Source: Nanobdellota archaeon (GTDB taxonomy: Archaea > Nanobdellota > Nanobdellia > Pacearchaeales > GW2011-AR1). Taken from it: a stretch of DNA of 28,728 nt. The notes below the pieces were generated by a model. It saw only the letters and a list, made by a program, of their open reading frames with translations. It made no database searches and was not told the origin of the DNA. This document shows positions 7,905-15,814 of the stretch, in pieces (position 1 is the first letter of the stretch; each line of letters starts with the position of its first letter). The stretch spans positions 1 through 28,728 of the forward strand of contig JAYENS010000047.1 in assembly GCA_034722215.1 (NCBI GenBank), written 5' to 3'. The position numbers were made by a program, and so were the translations under genes.

Positions 7905-8186
7905 TTACTTCACTGTAAATAAATCCCGATCATCGACTTGAAAGACATCTAATCTAACCCCTGAATCAATCCATCCATGAGCATAATTTAAAGCACCAAA
8001 AGCTAAAACCCATTCTCCTTTTTCTTCAAAATGTTGTGCATCTGAAATATAATTACCAACCATTTCAATTATCTCTTTTGCATATTCTTCCTTTCCAGGG
8101 ATAATACTTTCTTTAACAATTTTAAAAGCATCTTGAGTGATTTTAAAATATCTTTCTAATTTGTCTTGAGTTATTTCTTTATTCAT
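7905..8186 (-). CDS. DUF357 family archaeal protein
   Basis: YISDAQHFEEKGEWVLAFGALNYAHGWIDSGVRLDVF is the DUF357 signature; 93 aa. Confidence 0.9.
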   Translation of the reverse strand: MNKEITQDKLERYFKITQDAFKIVKESIIPGKEEYAKEIIEMVGNYISDAQHFEEKGEWVLAFGALNYAHGWIDSGVRLDVFQVDDRDLFTVK

Positions 8187-8241
8187 ATTATTACATTTCC
8201 ATAGATATTTAAATATCTTTATTTTTTAATAAATAGGTAAA

Positions 8242-8937
8242 ATGAGGAAAAAAATAGTTATTTTTGTAATGATCTTTGTATTGTTCTTAGCAACAAGCGT
8301 TGTAGCAGAAACAATTTCAGTAACAAATGAAATGGGAGAAATCATAAAAGATATAGCTTTAACAAAAGGAGTTTCCAAAGAAAATATTAAAGAAATACAA
8401 GAAGTTAATTTTGAAGAATTACCTGAAGAGATAAGCTTAGAGAATATTGATGATACAAATTTGGCATTGTATAAAGTTGATACTGGAGGAGATAAACCTC
8501 TTTATGTAATAACAGCGTCGGAGACAAAATTCAAAAAAGTTATACAAAAATTCACAAATAAGATGATGCTTAGTTTTGGTTTTTCAGAAGATTTTTCTAA
8601 ATCAGGATATTTAAAAAGTTCAACAGGAGTATTAGGAGATCTTGAAAAAGGATATCCTATGATGAGAACAGGAAGTATTACAGGAATGTCTACTAATTTA
8701 GAGGTTATAGAAGGTGAAGGAGAAATTGAAATAATTATTTACAAAGATAAACAAGAAGTAGAATTTAGAAATGCTTTTAATATAAAGAATACTGGAATAT
8801 ATACAGATTACGATACTCTATCTGGAGAAATTTTAAATTTTCAACCAGGAGATGTTATTTCAATCTATGTTGAAATTCCAAAAGGAATGATTTTAAAAGA
8901 CATAAATACTCTTTTAGAAATAGAATCAGAAAATTGA
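8242..8937 (+). CDS. Hypothetical secreted or membrane-anchored protein
   Basis: Signal-peptide-like N-terminus MRKKIVIFVMIFVLFLATSVVA; acidic 231-aa protein. Confidence 0.85.
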   Translation: MRKKIVIFVMIFVLFLATSVVAETISVTNEMGEIIKDIALTKGVSKENIKEIQEVNFEELPEEISLENIDDTNLALYKVDTGGDKPLYVITASETKFKKVIQKFTNKMMLSFGFSEDFSKSGYLKSSTGVLGDLEKGYPMMRTGSITGMSTNLEVIEGEGEIEIIIYKDKQEVEFRNAFNIKNTGIYTDYDTLSGEILNFQPGDVISIYVEIPKGMILKDINTLLEIESEN

Positions 8938-8952
8938 AAGGAGGTTTAAAAT

Positions 8953-9240
8953 ATGAATTACGATAAAAAAGACAAATCAAATAGAATGATGAAAATCCTT
9001 ATAGGAGTGATTATTGTATTAGTGGTATTTATAGCATTTTTCTTCTTAATAAAACCAGGGTATAATAAATTTGTATATAATCAACAAATGCAAGGTTATA
9101 ATATAGGAGTAACAGATATTTATACAAATATGTTAACTCAAATAGAAAATAGTGGAGCTTATCAAGTACCCATAAGTGAAAATCAAACATTAATTTTGGT
9201 TCCTTATAATCCAAACCTTCCTGCTACTCCAGCAGCTTAG
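8953..9240 (+). CDS. Hypothetical single-pass membrane protein
   Basis: 95 aa with one TM helix; GGAGGT SD-like sequence just upstream of the ATG. Confidence 0.85.
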   Translation: MNYDKKDKSNRMMKILIGVIIVLVVFIAFFFLIKPGYNKFVYNQQMQGYNIGVTDIYTNMLTQIENSGAYQVPISENQTLILVPYNPNLPATPAA

Positions 9241-9274
9241 GTTTTTTATATTTTACCTTGTTTATAAGGTTTTC

Positions 9275-9303
9275 ACACCTCTCGAGGGTGTTTTTTATTT
9301 TTT
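9275..9303 (+). terminator. Hairpin plus T-tract after the 8242-9240 gene pair
   Basis: ACACC(T)CTCGAGGGTGT followed by TTTTTATTTTTTTG; a second small stem ACCTT/AAGGT lies at 9255-9270. Confidence 0.55.
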
Positions 9304-9391
9304 TGATTTAGTTACTTACAAGAAGATAATTTATAAAGTGAAAGGTTTAAATATTTATTTTTTATTATTATTTTAAAGGTTGTTACTTACA

Positions 9392-10882
9392 ATGGCATAT
9401 AAAAAATATATTAAAAGAAATGGGAAGATTTATGGCCCATATATTTATCATAGTAAACGTGTTGATGGGAAAGTTGTTTCCGAATATAAAGGTCCAAAAA
9501 AATTAGAAAAAGATTTTAAAAAATTAAAATTAATTTTAACAATAGCAGGAATGATAATTATTGCTGTCTTTCTTCTATGGATTTTATTAACAAAAACTCA
9601 AATTACAGGAAATGTTGTTGCAGAAAAACAATCTTATCTTTCCAAGAGTAAAATTTTTGGAAATTTAAATTTAGTGTTACAAGAGGGAGAATTAATTCCA
9701 ATAAATTCGAAAGTATTTATAAAAAGTGGAGAAAACTCTTATGAATATAATCTTTCAGAATTAATTTCTTCACAACAAACTTCTGGAAATTATTATTTAG
9801 AAAATGTAAATGTACAAGGCTCTGGAGAAGGTTTTGGATTTCCTGGAAATTCAGAAGATGCTGAAACAATATTTTTTCAATATAAAATAACAAAACAAAA
9901 TTATTCTCCAGAACCAGAGGAATCTCTAAAAGAAGATTTAATAGAAATTATTGAAGAAAATAAAACAGAAGAAAATAAAACAGAAGAAAATAAAACAGAA
10001 GAAAATAAAACAGAAAAGAATAAGACAATTAGTGTTGAAGAAAATACTTCAATAATAGAACCTCCTGAAGAAAATGAAAGTTCTGAATCTATTTCAGATT
10101 CAACAGAAGAATTAGAACAAATTGAAGAGACTCCTAAAACAACTCCTATAACTGGCGCAGTAATTGGAGATATTTCAAATAAATTGTTCAAGATAACTGG
10201 AAATGTTGTAAATGAAAATATTCAAGCAGATGTTTCAAAAGATAAAGAATTCAAATATAAATTAAAAGAAGATGAGAAATTTGAAATAATTTATGATTCA
10301 GTAAGAATAGAAGAAGGTCAAATAAGTCAAGATAATTTAAAAATTGAATATCAGGATAATTTTGTAATTGTTTCAACAGTTTATTCTAAACAAGAAAAAG
10401 GTTTTGGAAAAGATTATTTAAGTTTAAATAAAAAAGCTTATGAAATTTTGTTAGGAGAAGAATTATTCACTCAAGATTTAGAAGTAAAAATAATTTATCA
10501 AGATAAGGAAATAGCTTTCTATTCTCAAAAAGCAGAATTAGCAATTCAAACTCCTGAAGAACCAGAAAAAATTCTCCTTGTCGAAGAAGATTATACTCTT
10601 GAATTAAATCAAGAAGAAATTGATATTTTAAAAGAAAGATTTGGAGAAATAGAAATTTCAACTTCTGCACAAATTTATAGAGATAAAACATTAGTAATTT
10701 TCAAGATAAGTGATTATCAAATAGAACATTATTATGATGGTGCTCTGCCAGATCAAGAAATAACAGATTTAATTGAACAAGATAAAATAAGATTTTTAAA
10801 AGATTTTGCAAGAGAATTCTTGAAACAAGAACAACAAAAACAACCTTTGCAAATTTTTACTGATTCAGAAATTATTACCTAA
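9392..10882 (+). CDS. Membrane-anchored acidic surface protein with a basic N-terminal motif
   Basis: Likely start ATG 9392 (MAYKKYIKRNGKIYGPYIYHSKRVDGKVVSEY), one TM helix, and a large acidic extracellular part. Confidence 0.85.
   Translation: MAYKKYIKRNGKIYGPYIYHSKRVDGKVVSEYKGPKKLEKDFKKLKLILTIAGMIIIAVFLLWILLTKTQITGNVVAEKQSYLSKSKIFGNLNLVLQEGELIPINSKVFIKSGENSYEYNLSELISSQQTSGNYYLENVNVQGSGEGFGFPGNSEDAETIFFQYKITKQNYSPEPEESLKEDLIEIIEENKTEENKTEENKTEENKTEKNKTISVEENTSIIEPPEENESSESISDSTEELEQIEETPKTTPITGAVIGDISNKLFKITGNVVNENIQADVSKDKEFKYKLKEDEKFEIIYDSVRIEEGQISQDNLKIEYQDNFVIVSTVYSKQEKGFGKDYLSLNKKAYEILLGEELFTQDLEVKIIYQDKEIAFYSQKAELAIQTPEEPEKILLVEEDYTLELNQEEIDILKERFGEIEISTSAQIYRDKTLVIFKISDYQIEHYYDGALPDQEITDLIEQDKIRFLKDFAREFLKQEQQKQPLQIFTDSEIIT
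9953..10027 (+). repeat. 15-bp coding tandem repeat (EENKT x4 plus EKNKT)
   Basis: GAAGAAAATAAAACA four times, then GAAAAGAATAAGACA. Confidence 0.95.
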
Positions 10883-11543
10883 TTTTTCTAATTAAAAAAC
10901 TAGAACCTTTTTTAGGAGAAATGTTTGCATCCAAAATTAAATTCCCGTAAATTATTTTTAAAGGACCTTCTTGTACAGGAATTTTTGCAGCTTTAGAAAA
11001 TTTATCAATAATTTCATTTATCTCTTCTTTATTCAATACAATTCCTGTAGATTGTCTTCCCATTTTTCCAGTAACAATTATTTTTTTATTTTGTTCAGAA
11101 ATTTCCATTGTAACCACATTTGGATCACTAATAAGAGGATTAATTTTTCCTAATTCAATTGATTCTGCTGTAGCAATAGGTTTAATATTATTATTGTTTT
11201 CAACAGGTCTTAAAGGAGCTCTTACAGGTCTTCTCATTAAAGATTTTCTTTTAATAGGGACTCTTAAAGATTCTTCTGCCCTTTTTAGTTGAAAGAAATC
11301 TTCTTCAGGTGGAGAAAGAATACTTTTAGACATTTTTACAATTGTTTTATCTTTTTGTAATTTTTCTTTAACTTGTTCTTCTACACTTTTTGGAGAAAAT
11401 TCCTCATTTTCAACAATTACATTTTTTAATTTTAAAATTTCTTTAAGTCTATAAAATTCAGCAACTTTAGAATTTTTAATCATAGCTTCTGTAAAACTTA
11501 ATAAAAAATATCCCTTTCTTTCTAAATTATAATCTTCTATCAT
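10875..11543 (-). CDS. Protein ending in a stand-alone VirB11/CpaF ATPase N-terminal-like domain, no P-loop
   Basis: LGKINPLISDPNVVTMEI...LNKEEINEIIDKFSKAAKIPV...SFLIRKI resembles the N-domain of secretion ATPases; no Walker A motif present. Confidence 0.6.
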   Translation of the reverse strand: MIEDYNLERKGYFLLSFTEAMIKNSKVAEFYRLKEILKLKNVIVENEEFSPKSVEEQVKEKLQKDKTIVKMSKSILSPPEEDFFQLKRAEESLRVPIKRKSLMRRPVRAPLRPVENNNNIKPIATAESIELGKINPLISDPNVVTMEISEQNKKIIVTGKMGRQSTGIVLNKEEINEIIDKFSKAAKIPVQEGPLKIIYGNLILDANISPKKGSSFLIRKIR

Positions 11544-11544
11544 C

Positions 11545-12066
11545 TTATTGAAATTTATTAAAGGGTTCTGAACTTTCTTTTACAATTCTTTTTTTCGGAG
11601 GATTATTCCCTAATCTTCTTGGAATATTCACTTCATTAGAACCTATTGCATAATTTATATTAGGATCTGTAGCAGTATCATGTATTAAAGTTAATCCTTT
11701 TGCAAGAAGTTTATTTTGTTCTAAAATAGCATCAATTTTTGTTATCAATTCTCTTTTTGATTTTTCATCAATTGGATGGAATTCTTTATTTATTACAGAC
11801 TTTGCAGCACCTTCAAACATATTTAATAAATCATCAATCCTATTTGTTAAGTCACTAAATTTTTCAGTTAGATGAACAAGAATTTTTTGCATTGAAACAA
11901 AATTATCAATCAAAATTTTTTCAGTAGCAGGTCTAACATCCTTTTTTACCCTAGAATTTCGTGTTTTGGAGTATGCAGAACTGCCTGTTTTATGTCCTTT
12001 CTTCAAGTATGTTTTTTTAGAAGCATTACTGTGTATCTTTTTTTTAACCACCTTCTTTTTTGTCAT
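11545..12066 (-). CDS. Hypothetical coiled-coil protein with a Lys-rich N-terminus
   Basis: 173 aa; heptad-like LTEKFSDLTNRIDDLLNMFE; 1-nt gap to the downstream gene. Confidence 0.85.
   Translation of the reverse strand: MTKKKVVKKKIHSNASKKTYLKKGHKTGSSAYSKTRNSRVKKDVRPATEKILIDNFVSMQKILVHLTEKFSDLTNRIDDLLNMFEGAAKSVINKEFHPIDEKSKRELITKIDAILEQNKLLAKGLTLIHDTATDPNINYAIGSNEVNIPRRLGNNPPKKRIVKESSEPFNKFQ
11950..11983 (-). repeat. 34-bp repeat inside the coiled-coil gene (encodes SSAYSKTRNSR)
   Basis: 28/34 ungapped identity to 2292-2325. Confidence 0.75.
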
Positions 12067-12100
12067 AATGAGTTAAGGACAAACATATTTATAAACTTTC

Positions 12101-14329
12101 TTAGTCAAATTTTTCAGGTTCATGTTCAAATTTTTCTTCAGGATATTCTTTAATATGTTTAATATTATCTTTTATTTCTTCACCCTGTTCATTAACTTCA
12201 CTTATAATTTCATCAGGATGTTCTTTTAAATATTCCTTTTTTTCTTCTTCAATAGCTTCTAAATCATCTTCTATTTTTTTTTCTTTCAATTCAGTATTTT
12301 GAGATATATTAGGTAGTGCTTGTTTTTCATTAGTTTCTTCAAGTTTATCTTTTTCTTCAACTTCCATATCTCTTTCTTTAACTTCTTTTCTCATTTCATA
12401 TTCTCGGGGTTCTTTATCTGTTCCTTTAATAACTTCTTCTTCAATTTTATCAAGGTTATTTGTAATTTGTTTTGCATATTCTGCTTGAACAACAACAGCA
12501 TCAATACCTTTTTTAATAAATTCTTTTAATATTTCTTTATTTTTTAAAACAGATCCCATAATGTTTGTTTCAATATTTCTTCTTTTACAAACTCTAATAA
12601 AATAATCTAATTGATAAGTAAATGCTTTATTATCTTCTTCAAAAAATTCTGAAACTTTTTTATTATTTTTATCTATTCCTAAAAGATGTGTAGAAAGTTT
12701 ATCTGAATCAATTAGAACAAATTGAATTCCTTCGTCGATAAAATCTTTAATTAATTGAACTGAAGAAGGTGTTTCAATAATAATCCCTAGTTTTGCTTCT
12801 GAATATCCTATTTTCTCTAAAATCTGTTTAAATTTTTTTAATTCATTTATTGAAGAGATATTTGGAAGTAAAATTCCTAATTCATTTTTTGCAACTCCAA
12901 TTTTTTTTAAAGCATCAATTTCTGCAGTTAGAATTTCTTGATTTTTTAATAAATATTTTATTCCATGTAATCCTAACAGAGGATTATTTTCTTTTTTAGG
13001 AGCATCTTCTAAATTTTGATATTCATCTGTTTTAACATCTGATAATCTAACATAAATTTCATTTAAATTATCACAAGCATCTTTCAATCCTTTAAAGATA
13101 ATATTTTCATATTCATTTGTGTAACCTCTCTCAATATAATAATTTAGATGTTTTCCAGAATTTTCAATAATTTTTTCAATTTTTAATAATCCAATATTTT
13201 TAATTCCAGATTTTCTAGCTTCATCCATTAAATAAGGAGAATCTAGAATTAGTTTAACTTCTGTTTTAGTAATTTTATCAATTTTTTCAATTTCTTTGTT
13301 TTCTTTTTTAACTTCTTTATTTTCTTTCATAAGGAATTCAAGAGTTTCAAATTTAAGATTTTTAGATTGAACAATATAAATTTCATTTTCATCAATAACA
13401 AATTCTAATTCTTGAGGTGTTCCAAAATGTTTTTCAGCTTTTTGTCCTAAATCTCCCAGTCTTTGAATTTCATATTTTGTTAAAACTTCATGAATGCTTC
13501 TTTCATATTTCAAATTAACTTTTTTTAATTTTCCTGAAGAAGTTCTTATAATTGCAAATTTTTTATCTCCAATTTTTTTATCTAGAATTTCTAAAGTACT
13601 TGATAAAGAATATTTATCAGGAGAAATTTCTTCAATATTCATTCCTTCTCCTAATCCCCAAATAGCTTCTATTGAAATATTTTTTGAAGAATCTTTTGAA
13701 TAAATTTTTCCAGAACGATCTCCTTGAATCATTTCTTGAACTATAATTGCAATTTTTAATTCATTAAATTCTTTATTTTTTAAAAATCTCTTAATTGTTT
13801 TTTCTCTAAATAAAGAAGCAAAAGATTTTTTTATATGATATAAAATTTGTTCATTTCCTTTAACATTTAAGTAACTATCTTGTTCTCTTATTTTTATATT
13901 TATAGGATTTATTAAACTACTTCTAATAGAAACAAAAGGAGGTTCATTCGCATTGTTTAAAATCTCATAAGCAGATCCTTGTTCAATTTCAACTTTATCT
14001 GTTCCAAGATTTTCATAAGAATCTAAAATTTCTTCTTTAAGTTCTTCTGCAAATTCTGCATTAATAATTAATTTACGGATTTTCTCACAAGCTTCTTTTA
14101 ATCTTTCAGAATTATTATAATCTAAATTTTGTAAGAGTTCTTTTATTTTTTCTTTTAAACCAGATTGCAATAGAAATTCTTCATAACCTTGGATTGTAAT
14201 AACAAAACCTCTTGGAACAGGGAATCTAGAATTATAAATTTCGGAAAGGTTTGCACCTTTTTCACCTACAATTTTTTTATCTGTTTTCTTTAATTCAGAA
14301 AACCATTTTACGAATTTATCACCTGCCAT
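12101..14329 (-). CDS. Degenerate phosphoenolpyruvate synthase-like protein lacking the phospho-histidine domain
   Basis: N-domain (VGEKGANLSE, FPVPRGFVIT, VSIRSS, EAIWGLGE) joined directly to a PEP-binding-like domain (IGLLKIE, VRLSD, ENNPLLGLHG, GIIIETPS); no TSHAAI motif. Confidence 0.85.
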   Translation of the reverse strand: MAGDKFVKWFSELKKTDKKIVGEKGANLSEIYNSRFPVPRGFVITIQGYEEFLLQSGLKEKIKELLQNLDYNNSERLKEACEKIRKLIINAEFAEELKEEILDSYENLGTDKVEIEQGSAYEILNNANEPPFVSIRSSLINPINIKIREQDSYLNVKGNEQILYHIKKSFASLFREKTIKRFLKNKEFNELKIAIIVQEMIQGDRSGKIYSKDSSKNISIEAIWGLGEGMNIEEISPDKYSLSSTLEILDKKIGDKKFAIIRTSSGKLKKVNLKYERSIHEVLTKYEIQRLGDLGQKAEKHFGTPQELEFVIDENEIYIVQSKNLKFETLEFLMKENKEVKKENKEIEKIDKITKTEVKLILDSPYLMDEARKSGIKNIGLLKIEKIIENSGKHLNYYIERGYTNEYENIIFKGLKDACDNLNEIYVRLSDVKTDEYQNLEDAPKKENNPLLGLHGIKYLLKNQEILTAEIDALKKIGVAKNELGILLPNISSINELKKFKQILEKIGYSEAKLGIIIETPSSVQLIKDFIDEGIQFVLIDSDKLSTHLLGIDKNNKKVSEFFEEDNKAFTYQLDYFIRVCKRRNIETNIMGSVLKNKEILKEFIKKGIDAVVVQAEYAKQITNNLDKIEEEVIKGTDKEPREYEMRKEVKERDMEVEEKDKLEETNEKQALPNISQNTELKEKKIEDDLEAIEEEKKEYLKEHPDEIISEVNEQGEEIKDNIKHIKEYPEEKFEHEPEKFD

Positions 14330-14350
14330 AAAACATAGAAATATGAAAAG

Positions 14351-14728
14351 TTAATAAATGTTTTTGTAGTAAAGTTTCATGTCAAATTCAATTTGTTCTA
14401 AATTATTTTCTTGCATAAAATTTAATTGAGAAATATCCTGCATAAAAAGTTCTGCACCTCCTGAAGAGGAAATCCTAGTATAAGCTTTACCTGTTTCTAA
14501 AAAAGTTTCACAAAGATTCTTTCCAATAGACATTTCTATTTTTGAATTTTTCAAGTATTTATAATCTGCAGAAGAAGGATTTCTAAGATTAGAGTTAATT
14601 TGAAAAGGAACAATTATCTTTGAAGAATATTTAAAAAGCTATCCTTCAAGACCTTTTGAAAGTTTAGAAATTTCATCTTGAGTAAGGTAAATAAAAAAAT
14701 TCATTGATTGATCAATATAACCTTTCAT
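14351..14728 (-). pseudogene. Hypothetical ORF interrupted by one in-frame TAG
   Basis: ATG at 14728 is in frame with the 14351-14554 ORF; the only internal stop is TAG at codon 30 (plus-strand CTA 14639-14641). Confidence 0.65.
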
Positions 14729-14775
14729 GAAGAATCTAAATAAAACTTCTTTAAAAAAATTTAGATATTAAAATT

Positions 14776-14943
14776 CTATTTACTAATTGCATCAACAGGG
14801 CAAGAATCAATTGCTTCTTTAACACAAGGAATATTTTTTTGTGCTTTTACTTTTGCTTTTGCTCCGTCCATTCCAAAAACTTCTTCACAAACAGCAGCAC
14901 AAGTTCCACAGCCAATACAAGCATCACTAATTTTAATTGTCAT
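14776..14943 (-). CDS. fdx: Single-cluster [4Fe-4S] ferredoxin, 55 aa (not in ORF track)
   Basis: MTIKISDACIGCGTCAAVCEEVF...IPCVKEAIDSCPVDAISK: CxxCxxC plus a distal CP. Confidence 0.95.
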   Translation of the reverse strand: MTIKISDACIGCGTCAAVCEEVFGMDGAKAKVKAQKNIPCVKEAIDSCPVDAISK

Positions 14944-14993
14944 AAAAGTATTTAGATAAATAGCTTTATAAATTTAATTTAATTATATAATAC

Positions 14994-15542
14994 ATGATAG
15001 TTTGGATATTATTAGGAGCAGTTGTATTAGTACTTTTAATTATATTTGGATATTACAATAGATTTGTGGTTTTATCGAATAGAATAGATAATTCTCTTTC
15101 ACAAATTGATGTTCAATTAAAACGAAGAGCAGATTTAATTCCGAATTTAATTAATACTGTTAAAGGTTTTGCAAAGCACGAGAAAGCAGCAATAAAAGAA
15201 GTAACCGACGCTAGAAAAGTTCTTGTTGGTGCAAAAGGAATAGAAAACAAGGTTAAAGCAAACAACCAACTTGAATCAGCATTAAAATCAATCTTTGCAA
15301 TCGCAGAAGGATACCCTGATTTAAAGGCAAACACAAATTTCCTAGAATTACAAAAAGAATTATCTTCAACAGAAGATAGAGTTGCATACGCAAGACAAAA
15401 CTACAATGATTCAATCCTAACTTACAATAACATGACTCAAACTTTTCCTGCTTTAATTTTTGCAAAGATGTTCAACAAACAAAAGAAAGATTATATTAAG
15501 ATTCAACCAATTGAAAGAAAAGTTGTTAAAGTTGATTTTTAG
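14994..15542 (+). CDS. lemA: LemA family protein
   Basis: N-terminal TM, IDVQLKRRADLIPNLINTVKGFAKHE and AEGYPDLKANTNFLELQKELSSTEDRVAYARQNYN. Confidence 0.96.
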   Translation: MIVWILLGAVVLVLLIIFGYYNRFVVLSNRIDNSLSQIDVQLKRRADLIPNLINTVKGFAKHEKAAIKEVTDARKVLVGAKGIENKVKANNQLESALKSIFAIAEGYPDLKANTNFLELQKELSSTEDRVAYARQNYNDSILTYNNMTQTFPALIFAKMFNKQKKDYIKIQPIERKVVKVDF

Positions 15543-15547
15543 AAGTT

Positions 15548-15661
15548 ATGGGTTTTAGCGAACATTTAATTTTTTATTTATTAGGTTTTATTATATTCCA
15601 ATTGTATTTTTTAGATATTTTTAAGAAAATATTTAGGAAATTTTTTAAGAAAGATATCTAA
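15548..15661 (+). CDS. Possible 37-aa membrane microprotein downstream of lemA
   Basis: MGFSEHLIFYLLGFIIFQLYFLDIFKKIFRKFFKKDI*; starts 5 nt after the lemA stop. Confidence 0.5.
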   Translation: MGFSEHLIFYLLGFIIFQLYFLDIFKKIFRKFFKKDI

Positions 15662-15757
15662 TTAAAATATTAATTTTTTACCTTTGGAATAAACACCTTG
15701 ACTTTTAGAAACATCATCTCCTAATTCAATGTTAACTCCTGCGTCACTATATTTCAT
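15662..15757 (-). pseudogene. purM: 5' remnant of AIR synthase (PurM)
   Basis: MKYSDAGVNIELGDDVSK resembles the PurM N-terminal Y-x-x-A-G-V-x-I motif, then unrelated sequence and TAA after 31 aa; TATA box intact near 15778-15786. Confidence 0.7.
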
Positions 15758-15814
15758 AAACAAAAATATACAAATTAATTTATAAAGATTTGTATAATAA
15801 AAAAATTAGTAATC

